The notes below the pieces were generated by a model, which was not told where the DNA came from, searched no databases, and saw nothing but the letters and a program-made list of their open reading frames with translations. DNA of 64,000 bases from Tubiluchus corallicola (lineage: Eukaryota; Animalia; Priapulida): assembly GCA_030141605.1 (NCBI GenBank), contig JAQGDQ010000033.1:496001-560000 (forward strand), read 5' to 3'. The position numbers were made by a program, and so were the translations under genes. Of the stretch, positions 52,457-64,000 are shown piece by piece (positions within the stretch are counted from its first letter, which is position 1; each line of letters begins with the position of its first letter).

Positions 52457-55377
52457 CTCACACTGATGTGCAAACTGACACTTGTTGCATCAACGTGCTA
52501 ACACAGCAGGCTGGCACACATATTACAATGGTGATATTTTAGTGTCTCCTAAACAGTGTTTGTGGTGTGATTCGCTCAGTAACAGTGTTTTCTGTTCAGA
52601 TACCTCGTGTGCCGATCAACGTATTATAGCATCTGTATGTTATCGGCATTGTTTCTCTTGTTGCTTTCATGCTGCGCAGTCAACACCCTAATTATGTATT
52701 CAACATAATTTAGTTTCAATGTAGTGTTGGACTGCAGCACAGAGCTGTGCATACAAGGAGTAACCCCATGTGCAAGTTTCAAGAGTGCGATCCCATACAC
52801 AAGAGTAGCAAGGGTAAGTATGAGTGCATGACGGCACACTTCGTGACAGTGAGAGTTAACCCTGCATTATCGGCTTCATTCATCTGTATGGTTGGTGGAT
52901 TAGAAACCAAAATGATTTTAACCACTTACATACCATTTTTGTTGCAGATATAATCTTCTCAGCAATGGTTGTATTAAGAATACCCTGTACACGTGTCTTT
53001 ATATTACAGCTTTCAAATTATCCATGACTGTAGCGATACCATGCGGCATGCGAGGTGTTCACTGTACATGTAGTATTCATGTAGCAGACGGTACACAATA
53101 ATATGTAATTTGTTGTAGTATGGATCAAATTAAAACATGTTGTGAAGATGTTTGTGTATAATTATGACAAATCTAGACAATTTTTCTTGAAAAATATAAC
53201 AAGAACTTTGTTATTTTTGAGATTTAAAAGTGGAAATTTTGACAAGATTCTTGTTAGTTTGACATTAAAGCCAAATGTAAATATACCCACAAGTGGCAAA
53301 TGTCATGCTACTCATTGTTGTCTAGTGACATAGTTGTGCTTAAGTCAAATATTGTTTTACTTGTACATTTGTAACTAGTTTCTTTTGGGTTGTGTAAATA
53401 TGAGGCTGCAGTATTAGTATAGCTAGAATGAATTGCTGTGAGAATTAACACTTTTGCTCATGTAAAAAGGGTATATTTTTTTGTAACATTAGTTGTGAAT
53501 TTTTCCAACTAGTTCTTAATGCCTTGTTTCTACATAAGGGACACGAGCACAAGTATAATTCAGTTGTGTGTCAAGTTGTCAACTTAAATACCTGACTATA
53601 ATTTCACAGTTAAAAAATTAAACAGGTACTGAGTTTCACTAGAACCATTATGCTTGATAATGGAAAAAGAAATAGATGAAATCTAATATGTGACTATAAG
53701 GTTAATGACAGTAAATTTATCATTCTGTGATCCACCTTGATGAAGTTTATTAGGCTTGTGCTTTGCATGGACATGAGGTCAATGTGCCATTTTGTTAGCA
53801 AAATGAAGACGTCTCATAAACGCAAGCATGGAACGTGCAGACAGGATAGACATTAAACAAGCTTTCTTTTACTAATTATCCTTGGAGCTTTTACTAGAGA
53901 TGTTTGTCTAGTGTGTGGTGGATGGCATTTTAAATGCAAAGTTCTTTGCTACCTAGTTTCTTTTTGTATTTATAGCTCATAAAAACGTTTAGCACTTCTA
54001 CGCATAACCACATAGTACAGTATAAATATCCACAGCCATCCTTTTCACGTGGTTGACCAGAATCAAAATAATCAAAACCTTAATTTTAGTACCCCATGAA
54101 GTGTTCTTTGATTACATGGTTTGAATGTTTTGCTCAATAATAAATTGTAGGATGATGAGCTATTTGAAAACAGCTGCTTAGTTCTCTTTTTTATCAACTT
54201 CAGGGTAAAAATCTAAAGATGTTTGAAAATGTGTGAAATATGTAAAACCTTTTTTTACTTTTAGCGAGGGCTCTTTTATGATATGAAAACTTTTAACGTT
54301 TATTTAGAGCTGCCTAGTTTTCATGAGTTAAAATTTATTTCATAGGTTATTTTAAATTGGTCAAGTATTGTTGATGATAATAGTTTTATTTTATGTTGTT
54401 ATAGAAGGTTGTACAGTGTTATTAAATAAATGTGAGCAGTCGCATTAAAAACCTTATACATCAGCTTGTATAAATGTGTAGTTTATGTACTTAATGGTCA
54501 CGAGTATGCACTTCTACTCTTATTTATGATGCAGTAGTGCCTGCATCAGTTCATGACTCGTTCGAATACACATTTTGAAATTTTTAATAAAAATGTTGTG
54601 AGCTTGATGAAATTATATATAACTGAAATTACTTTTTGTAAATATCCATGAAAAAACTTACTGCTGTGATATGAAGCTTGAATGGTGTAGGTTGTGGGCA
54701 TGCTCATTTTATTAGCCACACGTCTGAGTTCCGCTGGCTCTTAGCCAGAAAATAATTTTGTCATAAGTGGATGTATATTACTTCTTGTCCTAATCTGACC
54801 AGATGTTGCTATAGTCATCTTATTTACCAGGTTATTTTAATGTAAAGGTATCTTCATATGTGAAAGTGTGACCTCTGATTTGTTACACGACCTTAATATT
54901 GCACATACACACTAATTGACCTAAGAAATTGTCACATTGTGAAAAAAACCTTAACTATCATCTTATTTGGAAGTAACATACCAATATATGCTTAATGATT
55001 TTAACTAAATTGCTTCTTCCCTCGAATTCTGGGGTTAATTCCTCTCCTTTACACAATTTCGTCAGTACAAAATTTTATTATAATACCTGAGGTGACAGTT
55101 GACTATACACCAAACTTGTAGACATACATTTCTGTTAAGATGTCATACTTGTGCTGTCTTGGTGTATAAATTGCATTTAATTTCTGTCAGTGCTGATGTA
55201 ATCTTCATTTTTATGACATCTTTACAATCAACAACCTAAAGCTTATTCATGCCCAAAAATTGTGTACAGTAACTCTGAATGACAGTTACTAATTGTAGAC
55301 AGCCATATGTGTAACAGGAATGAGAACGTATAATATTACGAATCCTTGCTTTAGATGCACTGCTTACGTAATGTATT

Positions 55378-55420
55378 AATAAAAGTGTATTAAAATATGA
55401 ATGTCTTTTGATTATTTATT
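55378..55420 (+). terminator. candidate distal polyadenylation signal of the receptor (about 2.9-kb 3' UTR)
   Basis: AATAAA then ATTAAA followed by a T/GT-rich tract; other AATAAA copies occur at about 54139, 54425 and 54586. Confidence 0.35.
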
Positions 55421-55831
55421 TTCTGAACGAACGTAGAAAGAACAAGTAATTGCTACATTATTAAGACAGACTTGATTATAAGCAGCATTTGAAGCATGTT
55501 TTTTCAGTAAATATGTACTAATAATACCTTGCAACTATAATATGATACAGTGAAAACTACATAATTAGCAATTTAGCAACGCTAACAAATTTTCTCATTA
55601 CTATGTAAAACAAAAACTGCGTCCCACTTGTGCGTGGTAGTCAAGCAAACTCACATAATTAGGTCAATATACAGTCTAGCCTCGTTATGCCGCCAAACTT
55701 GTCTCTCGCCATAGAAAGTACCAGGACGGATTTCCTGCTTTGATATTTACCTCGTTAAGTCACACTAGGATGAGTGCTATGTAAACTATATTCGTTATGT
55801 CGCCAAACAGACAAACTCAGAGGTGAATCGA

Positions 55832-55837
<6 letters not shown>

Positions 55838-55871
<34 letters not shown>

Positions 55872-55883
55872 CGTGTGTGTGTG
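55838..55883. repeat. (GT)n microsatellite inside the pogo-type element
   Basis: direct reading. Confidence 0.9.
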
Positions 55884-56029
55884 ATTGTATAAAATTTACA
55901 GTTACTTAATTATTCCACTACGAAGACATGTCTGTCTAAATATAAATACACATATGCATCATAATTTCATGATACTACAAAATCAAAAAAAAAATTACAA
56001 TGAACTGACATAGTTATCACTCAGGTCAA

Positions 56030-56717
56030 AGATCACACGGAGGGAACGTAATGCTGCATATAATTAAACAGCATTATTAAATTGTAGCTGATAATAATTT
56101 CTAAAACCTATTTACTGTTTAGTTACGTTCATTTACCTGATGTAGTTACAACTGTCATCAGATTTATGTTTCTTCTGAGGTGACCAACAGATTGGGCAAA
56201 CGCTATCAGAATTCTCATCAGTATGTAATAGTACAGTCAAACCTCTGGCATTTAAACCATAGTGATACACACCTAACAGTGTATATATAGTATATTTTGC
56301 CACTAATAGAAACCATAAACTTAAAATAAGCCTAGTGTATATGTCAACAAAATACACGTAATGGAAAGGATAGATCACACGGAGGGAACGTAATGCTGCA
56401 TATAATTAAACAGCATTATTAAATTGTAGCTGATAATAATTTCTAAAACCTATTTACTGTTTAGTTACGTTCATTTACCTGATGTAGTTACAACTGTCAT
56501 CAGATTTATGTTTCTTCTGAGGTGACCAACAGATTGGGCAAACGCTATCAGAATTCTCATCAGTATGTAATAGTACAGTCAAACCTCTGGCATTTAAACC
56601 ATAGTGATACACACCTAACAGTGTATATATAGTATATTTTGCCACTAATAGAAATCATAAACTTAAAATAAGCCTAGTGTATATGTCAACAAAATACACG
56701 TAATGGAAAGGATAGAT
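56030..56717. repeat. 342-bp direct tandem duplication (2 copies)
   Basis: 56030-56371 repeats at 56372-56713; one difference seen (C56313 vs T56655); AGAT microhomology at the junctions. Confidence 0.92.
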
Positions 56718-57229
56718 TATGTAAGACAAGTTAGAGCGCAATTTTTTGAACATCATACAGCTTAATTATGTACACATAGAGGAACACTATGTTAATCAAC
56801 TATTATGTACAGTATGTATATACATATAGACTAACTTCGTTATATTCCCGTTATCTCGCCATACTCACCTCTCGCCAAAAATTTGCCCTAGACGGACAGT
56901 GGCGAGATAACGAGGTTAGACTGTAAAACATTCACAATTGTAATCATACACAATTCTAATACAGAAAGTAGAAGAAATTTAAAATATTTACAAAATAACA
57001 TTACCAATTTTCTTTACTTAATTTCATATTAAAAGCTAAGTAAACATTCCTAGTACAAGAAAGGAAAGGGACAAACTAATTAGTTAAAATAATAAAATAT
57101 GGTGAATGAAACTTCAGAAATGCAATGATCAGAGAGAGGTAGGTCATCTGGCACACAATTATTTCATACAAGTTTCAATTCACTAGCAATAGTATACCAA
57201 CAGAACTGTTTGTACATGTGGTACTAAAA

Positions 57230-57347
57230 TTATTCATCTTCATCATCTGATATGGGACTTTTCTTGACAGGACTTTCTTCGTGTGATGGACTTTCGGTAG
57301 AACTACTGCTGCTTCCTTGGCTTAAGCTTTCACTGTTTTCCTGAGAT
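57230..57347 (-). CDS. PCLAF: PCLAF terminal coding exon (Ser/acidic tail)
   Basis: SQENSESLSQGSSSSSTESPSHEESPVKKSPISDDEDE*; gtgcag acceptor in phase 2. Confidence 0.85.
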
Positions 57348-60269
57348 CTGCACAACACAATATTGGCAATTATGCTACTACTGCTGAGGAATGAAACTGT
57401 GTGTTATCATACAGGTGTGTGTATGGTTCACTAACTACAAATTTTTGTTTTATGAGGTTTGCCCTCTGGAGGACTGGAATAAGTCTGATCAGAAAGTATA
57501 GAAAGAGAAAATTAATTTAAAAACTAAGACAAAAAGCAATAGATTTATTTTAAGTGATGGTAAACACGGATCTATGGATGTTTTCCTTCAACTGAGGAAG
57601 ATTAAATAGAGAGGAGAAATAACAGACAAGCTGCTGATAGACACTTTCAGAGAACTGACACCTGTGTGAAAACTGCTAGAATATGCATACTGTATGGAAG
57701 AGAAGCTGCTGCAGTTTATGAGCAAGCCCAGAGATATATTGCAAAAGTATCTTCAGAAAAACATTAGCATAACAATTGACAGTTGAGAATATTTGACACC
57801 TGGTAGGGGCCAATGAGGTTAAGGTTCGTTTTTGTGTCAGATCAAGTGAATGAATTAAGAATTCTAAATCACCAGCTCATACAAGGTAGGAGTATTCCAC
57901 ACAATAACTGGCAGTGGCTTTATTCAAGGAACAAACCCTCCTAAGTATGTTTGAGTACGGTGTGTATACGCGGGTCCGTTAACAGGAACGACAATTCACG
58001 AAGAAGCAACAAAAACTTAGGTTAATTTACCAATAGCGTAGTCAAGAAAATCAATGTTTGAAATTTGTATTTTGTTAAAACAATTAAGTGTACAAAATAA
58101 CTGTCTGTAACTTAACAAACTTCAGGCAAATTGTGTAACCACGGAATTGATATTAATACAACAAATAAGTACCTCGAATCTTTTAGTAAACAAATTCACA
58201 TAAAGTTCAAGTGTACAATAAGCACTATATAAACAAAATTTCATTGTTTAAGAATTGCAATGTAACCAAAAATACCGATGAATGCATATAAATTGTTTTT
58301 AGCAGTAAATGTTCATTTGAAATTTATCGGAGTCACTAAGAATGTAAGAAAATCTTCACATCTGGATTCGAAGATGAAGACTGACCTGGATGGTGCACAT
58401 GTCATCACTCCCGACATGACAAGGCACAGCTCCTGACATAATGCAATGATACACGATTTTGATACATGAGTACCAGGTATGCTCGCTTTACAGAGCGATT
58501 CAGAAGAAAAAGCACCACTTGCAGGTTCTTTAATAAACCAAAAATATCAAGCCAAAAAGGAATACAAATTTAACAGACTAACAATGAATGTATATACATT
58601 TTATGCATAAGAAAAAAAAGTGGTAAATTTTGTTTCATTTTTCTTGAACTTTTAAACTGTGATGTTCTAGGGTGTGCACCGTAATGGGTTGGCTTTGATT
58701 TATGTGTTTGAGGGCACAATGTACAGGTTCCAGTTTGGTGCCGCGGGTTGTGTTTTGATTATATCGCAGAACCAGCACCTCACTTTCACAAGAATAAGTA
58801 CAACTATTACTTCAATACATGACATCTTGCTCCATGAAAAATGCTTTTGCACCTTTTTAGTTACATTTATTTTCACCTATAACACATAATGAAATTTTTT
58901 CTTGTGTACAAGATATGTATATTCATTGCTACACTGTTGATTTTTATGCCGTTTTGGTTTACAATTTTTGTTATATTAAAGAAATTGTAGGTAATGTTTT
59001 TTCTGGACGACATAGTGCTTTTATTCTTTAGAGGGCAAGGCTTTTTGTTACTTTTTATTATACAGCATTCGCTGGAATGCATTATCAATTTGCCATCATT
59101 AAACGAAGATTTGTTGTAAGTCTAAACAGTAGTAAACAGTAAGCTAACACAGCTACTTACTTGGGCAAATCCTCTTCAGACATATCAACTTCTTGTGGAG
59201 CAGTATTTTCTTTATTAATTTTTTGACAAAAACTTCCTATTTTTTTCTGCCAAGATGGTGTCGGCCTAACACACACAGAATTTCCACCAGAGTATTTGTC
59301 AACTGAAAAGCAATTATATTATTTAATTTCTATCTCATCAGATGGCAAGCCAAAAGAGAGAAAATATTAGGGCACAAGTCACTTCATTAAAAATGGCATA
59401 AATCATGTTATCACCGACAATGTGGGCCATAGACTGATGTGTGCGGTGAGTTCTGATATTTATTGCCTTGCAGGGCGTACAGGCTAAGGGCATAATTATA
59501 AGAGATTTCCGTTTTTGCAACAAGCACCACCTTGGCCTACAGTTAATCTTTTTTTATATAAAGTGTGAATGTTTATCGCTATTCCGATAACAGTTAGTCA
59601 GTTAAAATTAGTGGGGCTGCTGCTTCAGAAAATTTTAAGCCATTGTTTTAATACCACGTAAAACAAAACAAACATATGTAATTTTAATGTTGTAATTTGC
59701 AATTGTAATTTTAAACAAGCTAAAATTGTCGCAGTTCAAGAATATGCCGGTACACGGTTTTTAAGTACATGACAACTGAAAACAAACTGTGTGAGCGACA
59801 GTACTTTCTCTACCTAACAGCAGGCCCTAGCAGTGCAGCGTACAGCGTGTTATCTCAGACATGTGCACATGGCCGCATGCACACAACAGCTGAACACACC
59901 TCTGTGCTAGGCTGTGAAGCAAACAGTAGTATCCTCACGTGCTCTGATTCCGATCAAATATAAAGAAAGAACTAAAGAAGACTTATTATATTTTATATTG
60001 AATATTATTGAAAATATTGAGTGATAATAGGGAGTGCTGCAATTCCGCAGTACCTATACACAAGCTGCCACTGAAGTTAGTACTACATAAACTTGGTATT
60101 TAATTAGAAAACTTTAGAAAACAAAATGTATGTACCTTATAGTGCAGTTTTTACTGGAAGAGTACCTTACGTGGTGCATTCCGTATTTCCTTCGTTATGT
60201 TAACAATGTCAAAATGTTGATAATATCATAATAAAAGAAAAACTGACAAGTAGGACAAATATTTAACTT

Positions 60270-60310
<41 letters not shown>

Positions 60311-62419
60311 AAGTTTCTACATTTTGATTTTGATCATACCTCCTTTTGCAGGGGAAAGAAAAGATGCAGAAGTACCAGCGCCACCTGCCCGGTTTCCACC
60401 ACCTAATACTTTTCTTGGAGCTTTAGCAGCAACAGCTTTGCAAATAAATAAGAATAATAAACACGTTATTACACAACATTTTAATGCTAAAAACATAGCT
60501 GAAGTCACAAAATAACGGTAGATTTTCATTGCTACACACATATTTTTTTATGTTTCTATATCTTTTTCATTTTTAGAGAAATTTGGTTGTCTCAACAAAC
60601 ATCCGGGAAGTGATCATAAAATGTTAAAACTGAAATGAATATGAGAAAGCATTTATGGAATATATCAAGGGCTTGAATCCCATGGCGGGCGTGAATGCTA
60701 AAGTCTTATGTTAGATATCTGTTATCGGCTAGTTGAACAGCTCTCAGGGACAGGGATGACCGATCACAAAAAATCCCGATCCGATCCTGATTATTGCTGC
60801 CTATTCGACAATGCCCGATTGCTGATTATTCCCGATCCTGATACTAATGTAAGTTATTATAGTATGATGATGCAATATGCCTTACTTAAAACCACAGCCT
60901 CATTTGTTTGCTTGACATGATTCCAGGTCTACATCTTTTCAGTTTGACAGAAAAGATTTGTTTGTGTGTTTGCCCTCAGGTTAATTTGTCACTAGAAGTT
61001 CTTCAGTTAACTTTAAGCTAATTTAACTAAATAAGTACCTGATTTATTAACCTACGTGTTTTTGCCACCCTTTTTGTCTGTGTACTTGATACATTTATTA
61101 TTCATAATTATGGGAGATAAATAAACCAAATATTTATCTAAATATAGGATATGCTGGTATTCTACGAATGTGTACTACCACTTCCTTTCTAAAAAAATAT
61201 AAGGCAAGCTAGACAATCTTTAAAAAAGAGAAAAGTGTTAGAACAAAAATGTTATGTGAATTATGCAGCGTGCAAATCGGCAACTACGTGATAGCTACTA
61301 GTTATAGGAAGCTGCTTTACTGTGTCCAAAACGAAACAAAAATTACCAGCTTTTTTCGGGTTTCCTGTTACCTAAATTAACAAATCACAAAAAAATCAGT
61401 TTTCGTAATTTATTTTTAAACGGTTAGTCGAAAGTCATTTACGTCTGTTTGATTTAAGTAAATATGGTATATGCAAACGTTATTAGAGGCATGGTTATGA
61501 TGATGAAAATGTACAGTTGAACAACGTAGTTAATTTTTACGATATAACCAATCACTGTGGCCTGTGGGATTGCTCTAAAGTAAACATTAAACATGGCGTC
61601 TTTCGTGTTTTATGAATAAAAAATGCTATTGCAATAGAAAGAGAATTTTGACATTAAGCACACTAATTCAAGAATATAACTAAAGCGAAATTTAGCGTTA
61701 GGTCTACTGAATCTACTTTTTGAACAAAGTTGGTCAATTAAGTGTCCGGATCTTGTTACATTTCCCGACCCCAATTTTAGACAATCGGGAAGCCTATGAT
61801 CGAGATCGGCCATCCCTGCTCAAGGATCATGCAAAATATGTGCTTACATCAGTGCTGTGGAGTCGCAGTCATGGAATCTCTACTTTCTTACTCCTGTGGC
61901 AAAATGGATATTTTTAACTAATAATATATGAATCAAGCATGAAGTATGGTGTATGAAGTACTGTAGTTTTGTGATTAAGTACTCCAGAAAAGTGCCTCAA
62001 CTCAGATGAAAGTACTTTTCGTATTATTATTACATTGTATTAGTTCAAGTGAAAGCTTGTATTTTGAACCTTAATCACCTATTATGCAATATAAGTGCCT
62101 TTTATAATGCAAGATTGTTGATTCATAATGATTCCTCTAAAACATGATTGGAACAGCCAGTGGGAGCTATGTATGCTAGTTTAAGAGGCAGGAGTCAGAC
62201 AGTCCTAAATTCTAGGAGTCGCAGTCGAGGCTTGACCAATTCCACAACAACTCAGGCTTGCATTAGTAAGGTTGCTATAGGACGCAACTGTAGGGCTGTA
62301 CAGTTGGGAATATCCTCAACAATATTTAATATAGCTGAAACAATGTCACGATGACAATATAATTAATAAATTGACATCTCACCTTTCCTAGTACCTGCAT
62401 CGGCTGCAGTGCGAACCAT
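57230..62419 (-). CDS. PCLAF: PCNA clamp-associated factor PAF15/KIAA0101, 130 aa: complement(join(57230-57347,59161-59302,60340-60435,62383-62419))
   Basis: Spliced product MVRTAADAGTRKAVAAKAPRKVLGG...DKYSGGNSVCVRPTPSWQKKIGSFCQKINKEN... matches PAF15 hallmarks (MVRTKAD, ARAPRKVLG, KYAGGNPVCVRPTPKWQKGIGEFF, KEN box); 393 nt with consistent phases. Confidence 0.93.
57560..57930 (-). mobile_element. decayed LINE (CR1/L2/Jockey-like) ORF2 3' fragment
   Basis: Minus-strand remnants CVEYSYLV*AG and SLDLTQKR..LIG resemble the post-RT MEYCSHVWAG / LDRVQKRA..LIG segment; interrupted by stops and frameshifts. Confidence 0.45.
59161..59302 (-). CDS. PCLAF: PCLAF coding exon 3 (PIP box and KEN box)
   Basis: VDKYSGGNSVCVRPTPSWQKKIGSFCQKINKENTAP; tttcag acceptor, AA|gtaagt donor. 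Confidence 0.93.
60274..60308. repeat. (AT)n microsatellite
   Basis: direct reading. Confidence 0.95.
60340..60435 (-). CDS. PCLAF: PCLAF coding exon 2 (AVAAKAPRKVLGGG...)
   Basis: KAPRK H3-like motif; AAG acceptor, G|gtatga donor. Confidence 0.9.
60751..61818. mobile_element. hAT-type non-autonomous element in PCLAF intron
   Basis: TIR CAGGGATGACCGATC vs GATCGGCCATCCCTG (14/15 match); 8-bp flanks CTCAGGGA/CTCAAGGA (7/8) fit a TSD; subterminal CCGATC repeats. Confidence 0.82.
61850..62252. mobile_element. degenerate MITE-like element with GGAGTC repeats
   Basis: CAGTGCTGTGGAGTCGCAGTC at the left end; GGAGTCGCAGTC and an imperfect inverted terminus CAATTCCACAAC at the right. Confidence 0.5.
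62383..62419 (-). CDS. PCLAF: PCLAF coding exon 1 (MVRTAADAGTRK)
   Basis: ATG at 62419, donor G|gtgaga; acceptor ttctag just upstream of 62457 implies a further non-coding exon. Confidence 0.9.
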
Positions 62420-64000
62420 GTTACTTGTAGAAACAAACAAATGCTTGAAATCGCTGTCTAGAAAATAAAATACATATATTTCAAGGACTTAAAGTACTTT
62501 TGTTTATTATAACGATTGAACTTCAAAAGTCCACAGTGCAAGCGCTGAAAGTTAAAGATTGTGAGGGATGGAAGCTGATATAATAGTAGTTTCCTCATCA
62601 CACTGCACAAATGTGCGTATTCAGTATCTACCTGATTTATAAATTGCGACTGGTCCCATCAAGGCCTCATTGGGGTACAGACAAATGATAACAGAAGTCA
62701 TTAGTCAGAAGAGAAGACACTTCTAAGTCTGCTATTGCTGTTTAAAGTAGCTTGAATAAAAACCGAAAAACAATAATGCTAAAAAATAAGAAAGCATTAA
62801 CGTCATTGCCGCTAAGGCCACGTGACAAGCATTACGGATATAACACTAAAGCCGGTGTCACACAGAACTCGACATAATCCGTAAGGCATGAGGACAAAAA
62901 GCCACCACATTAAAAATGAAGATATGCTAACCCATGCACCCTGTCACGCATAATCCATTTGCCAACTCTCGCCTTCTGCAGGCTACCTACGGTAAGTCGT
63001 CACCCATAATCAGTGGTGGGCTCCTCACAAGCCGTTTTGTAAGTTTATAAAGTGCCTTATTGCGAAATAAATTAGACCATTAGTTTCATTTTCCGTAAGG
63101 CGCTTGGTATCACTAATGTGATAATTCGCGTATTAAAATATAGGAAAAAAATAAGAAAGACAGTTGTCAGCAAAAAGAGGTAACTGAAAAGTAGAAGATG
63201 AAGGTTGGTGAAGAACAATCCTTGAAGGAAGACAGAGGTTATCAATGATAATATGGAATGGAAACCATGTTAAATTCTCTTGCATTCTCTTACAGCGCGA
63301 AGGGGATGCTTGTTGTATACAGCTGACAAAGAGGAGATCGTTGAACCACCTGAAGTAAATGGGTCCAACCCACATTGTTCGTTCTGCTTTTATCTTTGAA
63401 TTATGCCGTGTTATGTAAAATAAAGCAACAGGATCGAGTGATTGGTTCGGTTTGAATCAGGTAAACTAATAAATTACGGTGAGAAATTATTGATTCATAA
63501 ATGCTGTCAGAAAAATGCTTATGCTTATGGCTTACAAATTATGGATTGCACTTTACGCTTTTCTCTTGTGAGACACAGGCCTAACACTGATGATCGAATA
63601 TTCAAATTAAAATACAGGCCTAAGCTGCAAATTCACGAAAAACATAATTGAAGATTAACACATTTCAATATTTGGAACTGCAACCCTTGTCGCAGTGAAG
63701 GAAAAACGTGCTTTTCATGCCTCCAAATAGTTACTTTAGTTTTTAATGTCAAAATAACTCGTCTTTTAACATGCTTATTTACATCTCAATCTAATACACA
63801 GTGCGAACGTTTACCTGGTGAAAATAATTACAGTTTTAAAGAAAATTGTAAAACTTAGATGATAAATTGATAAAACAAACATTTTCTTAAAAATCCAATA
63901 TGGTGTGTTAGTCCCGCGCTTATGAACAAAAGACTAGATTTAGCTAGTAATTATTCTTTGAACTGGTTCAGTCGTCTAATATGTATTGTGAGCTAAATTA

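Larger units (their letters stand above)
55672..56923. mobile_element. pogo/Tc1-mariner-type non-autonomous element
   Basis: TA|CAGTCTAGCCTCGTTATGCCGCCA ... TGGCGAGATAACGAGGTTAGACTG|TA; about 24-bp imperfect TIR with TA TSD. Confidence 0.82.

Noticed and set aside
63133-63375. ORF with WVGPIYFRWF...HIIIDN resembling a pogo DDE segment
   Set aside because: Similarity is too weak by eye and no TIRs were found; an HMM search would be needed
1-64000. Prokaryotic features such as operons, CRISPR arrays or defence systems
   Set aside because: The sequence is spliceosomal-intron-containing eukaryotic DNA, and no regularly spaced repeat-spacer array was seen

Overview
This is AT-rich, intron-rich eukaryotic DNA, most likely from an invertebrate animal. 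It holds two convergent protein-coding genes, both assembled by hand from splice sites and reading phase. (1) On the + strand, a 20-coding-exon class I cytokine receptor of the Domeless/gp130 type spans 12663-52456 (4179 nt CDS, 1392 aa). Its order is signal peptide, Ig domain, cytokine-binding module, five further FN3 domains, TM helix, Box1 and a long tyrosine-rich tail. (2) On the - strand, a four-coding-exon PCLAF/PAF15 (KIAA0101) gene spans 62419-57230 (130 aa). Introns and intergenic DNA contain non-autonomous DNA transposons (piggyBac-, hAT- and pogo/Tc1-type termini), decayed LINE and transposase relics, microsatellites and a near-perfect 342-bp tandem duplication. The main oddities in the receptor are loss of the first cysteine pair, a degenerate WSXWS, six DSG degron-like motifs, a GC-AG intron, built-in routes to soluble or tail-less isoforms, and a STAT/NF-kB site cluster in the 10.5-kb TM-Box1 intron. 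PAF15 has substitutions in both its H3-mimic N-terminus and its PIP box. All models are unverified by transcript data.
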